From UHGV virus genome UHGV-0249966: a stretch of 15,833 nucleotides of DNA; one strand, written 5' to 3'. This stretch comes from a virus. Positions 15,773 to 15,833 of the stretch are shown piece by piece. A program made the translations under genes and the position numbers. Within the stretch, counting starts at the first letter, position 1. Each line of letters starts with the position of its first letter. The notes under the pieces were generated by a model that searched no databases, had not been told where the DNA came from, and saw nothing but the letters and a program-made list of their open reading frames with translations.

Positions 15773-15833
15773 TTAACTGGCTTTCTTTTTCGGGCGTCCA
15801 CGTTTTGCCGGTGTCACGCTCCGGGTCTTACGC
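15773..15833 (-). CDS. M: C-terminal fragment of the upstream gene, probably terminase small subunit gpM
   Basis: Only one minus-strand frame is open from the window edge; it ends ...RKTRSVTPAKRGRPKKKAS-TAA (stop 15775-15773). Assigned to M from P2 gene order only. Confidence 0.35.
   Translation of the reverse strand, partial: RKTRSVTPAKRGRPKKKAS

Noticed and set aside
1-15833. Searched for tRNA, CRISPR array, integrase/attachment site, IS element
   Set aside because: No cloverleaf-like tRNA candidates, no regularly spaced short repeats, no recombinase-like ORF and no long terminal inverted repeats were seen. The window lies entirely inside the phage late region, so att/int are expected elsewhere.

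Overview
The window is the late-gene (tail, baseplate, tail-fiber, lysis, head-completion) block of a P2-like temperate phage or prophage of an enterobacterial host, with every gene on the minus strand. Reading 5'->3' on the minus strand the order is: M (C-terminal fragment), L, X, Y, K, lysA, lysB/lysC, R, S, V, W, J, I, H, G, a two-gene accessory insert, FI, FII, E/E', T, U (N-terminal fragment). Gene order and protein lengths match P2 almost one for one; this is recognised from memory of P2 and from sequence features, since no database search could be run. The main item of interest is the 2.5-kb insert between G and FI (4741-7236), the position P2 uses for its Z/fun moron. It carries a very AT-rich 317-aa ORF with an R-x4-H (HEPN-type) motif and a 278-aa ORF with a PD-(D/E)xK restriction-endonuclease-like core. 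They are separated by a 295-bp spacer holding two copies of a 15-nt motif, each inside a hairpin. I interpret this as a candidate anti-phage / abortive-infection cassette that is probably uncharacterised, but the function is inference only. No tRNA, rRNA, CRISPR array, integrase or att site was seen.
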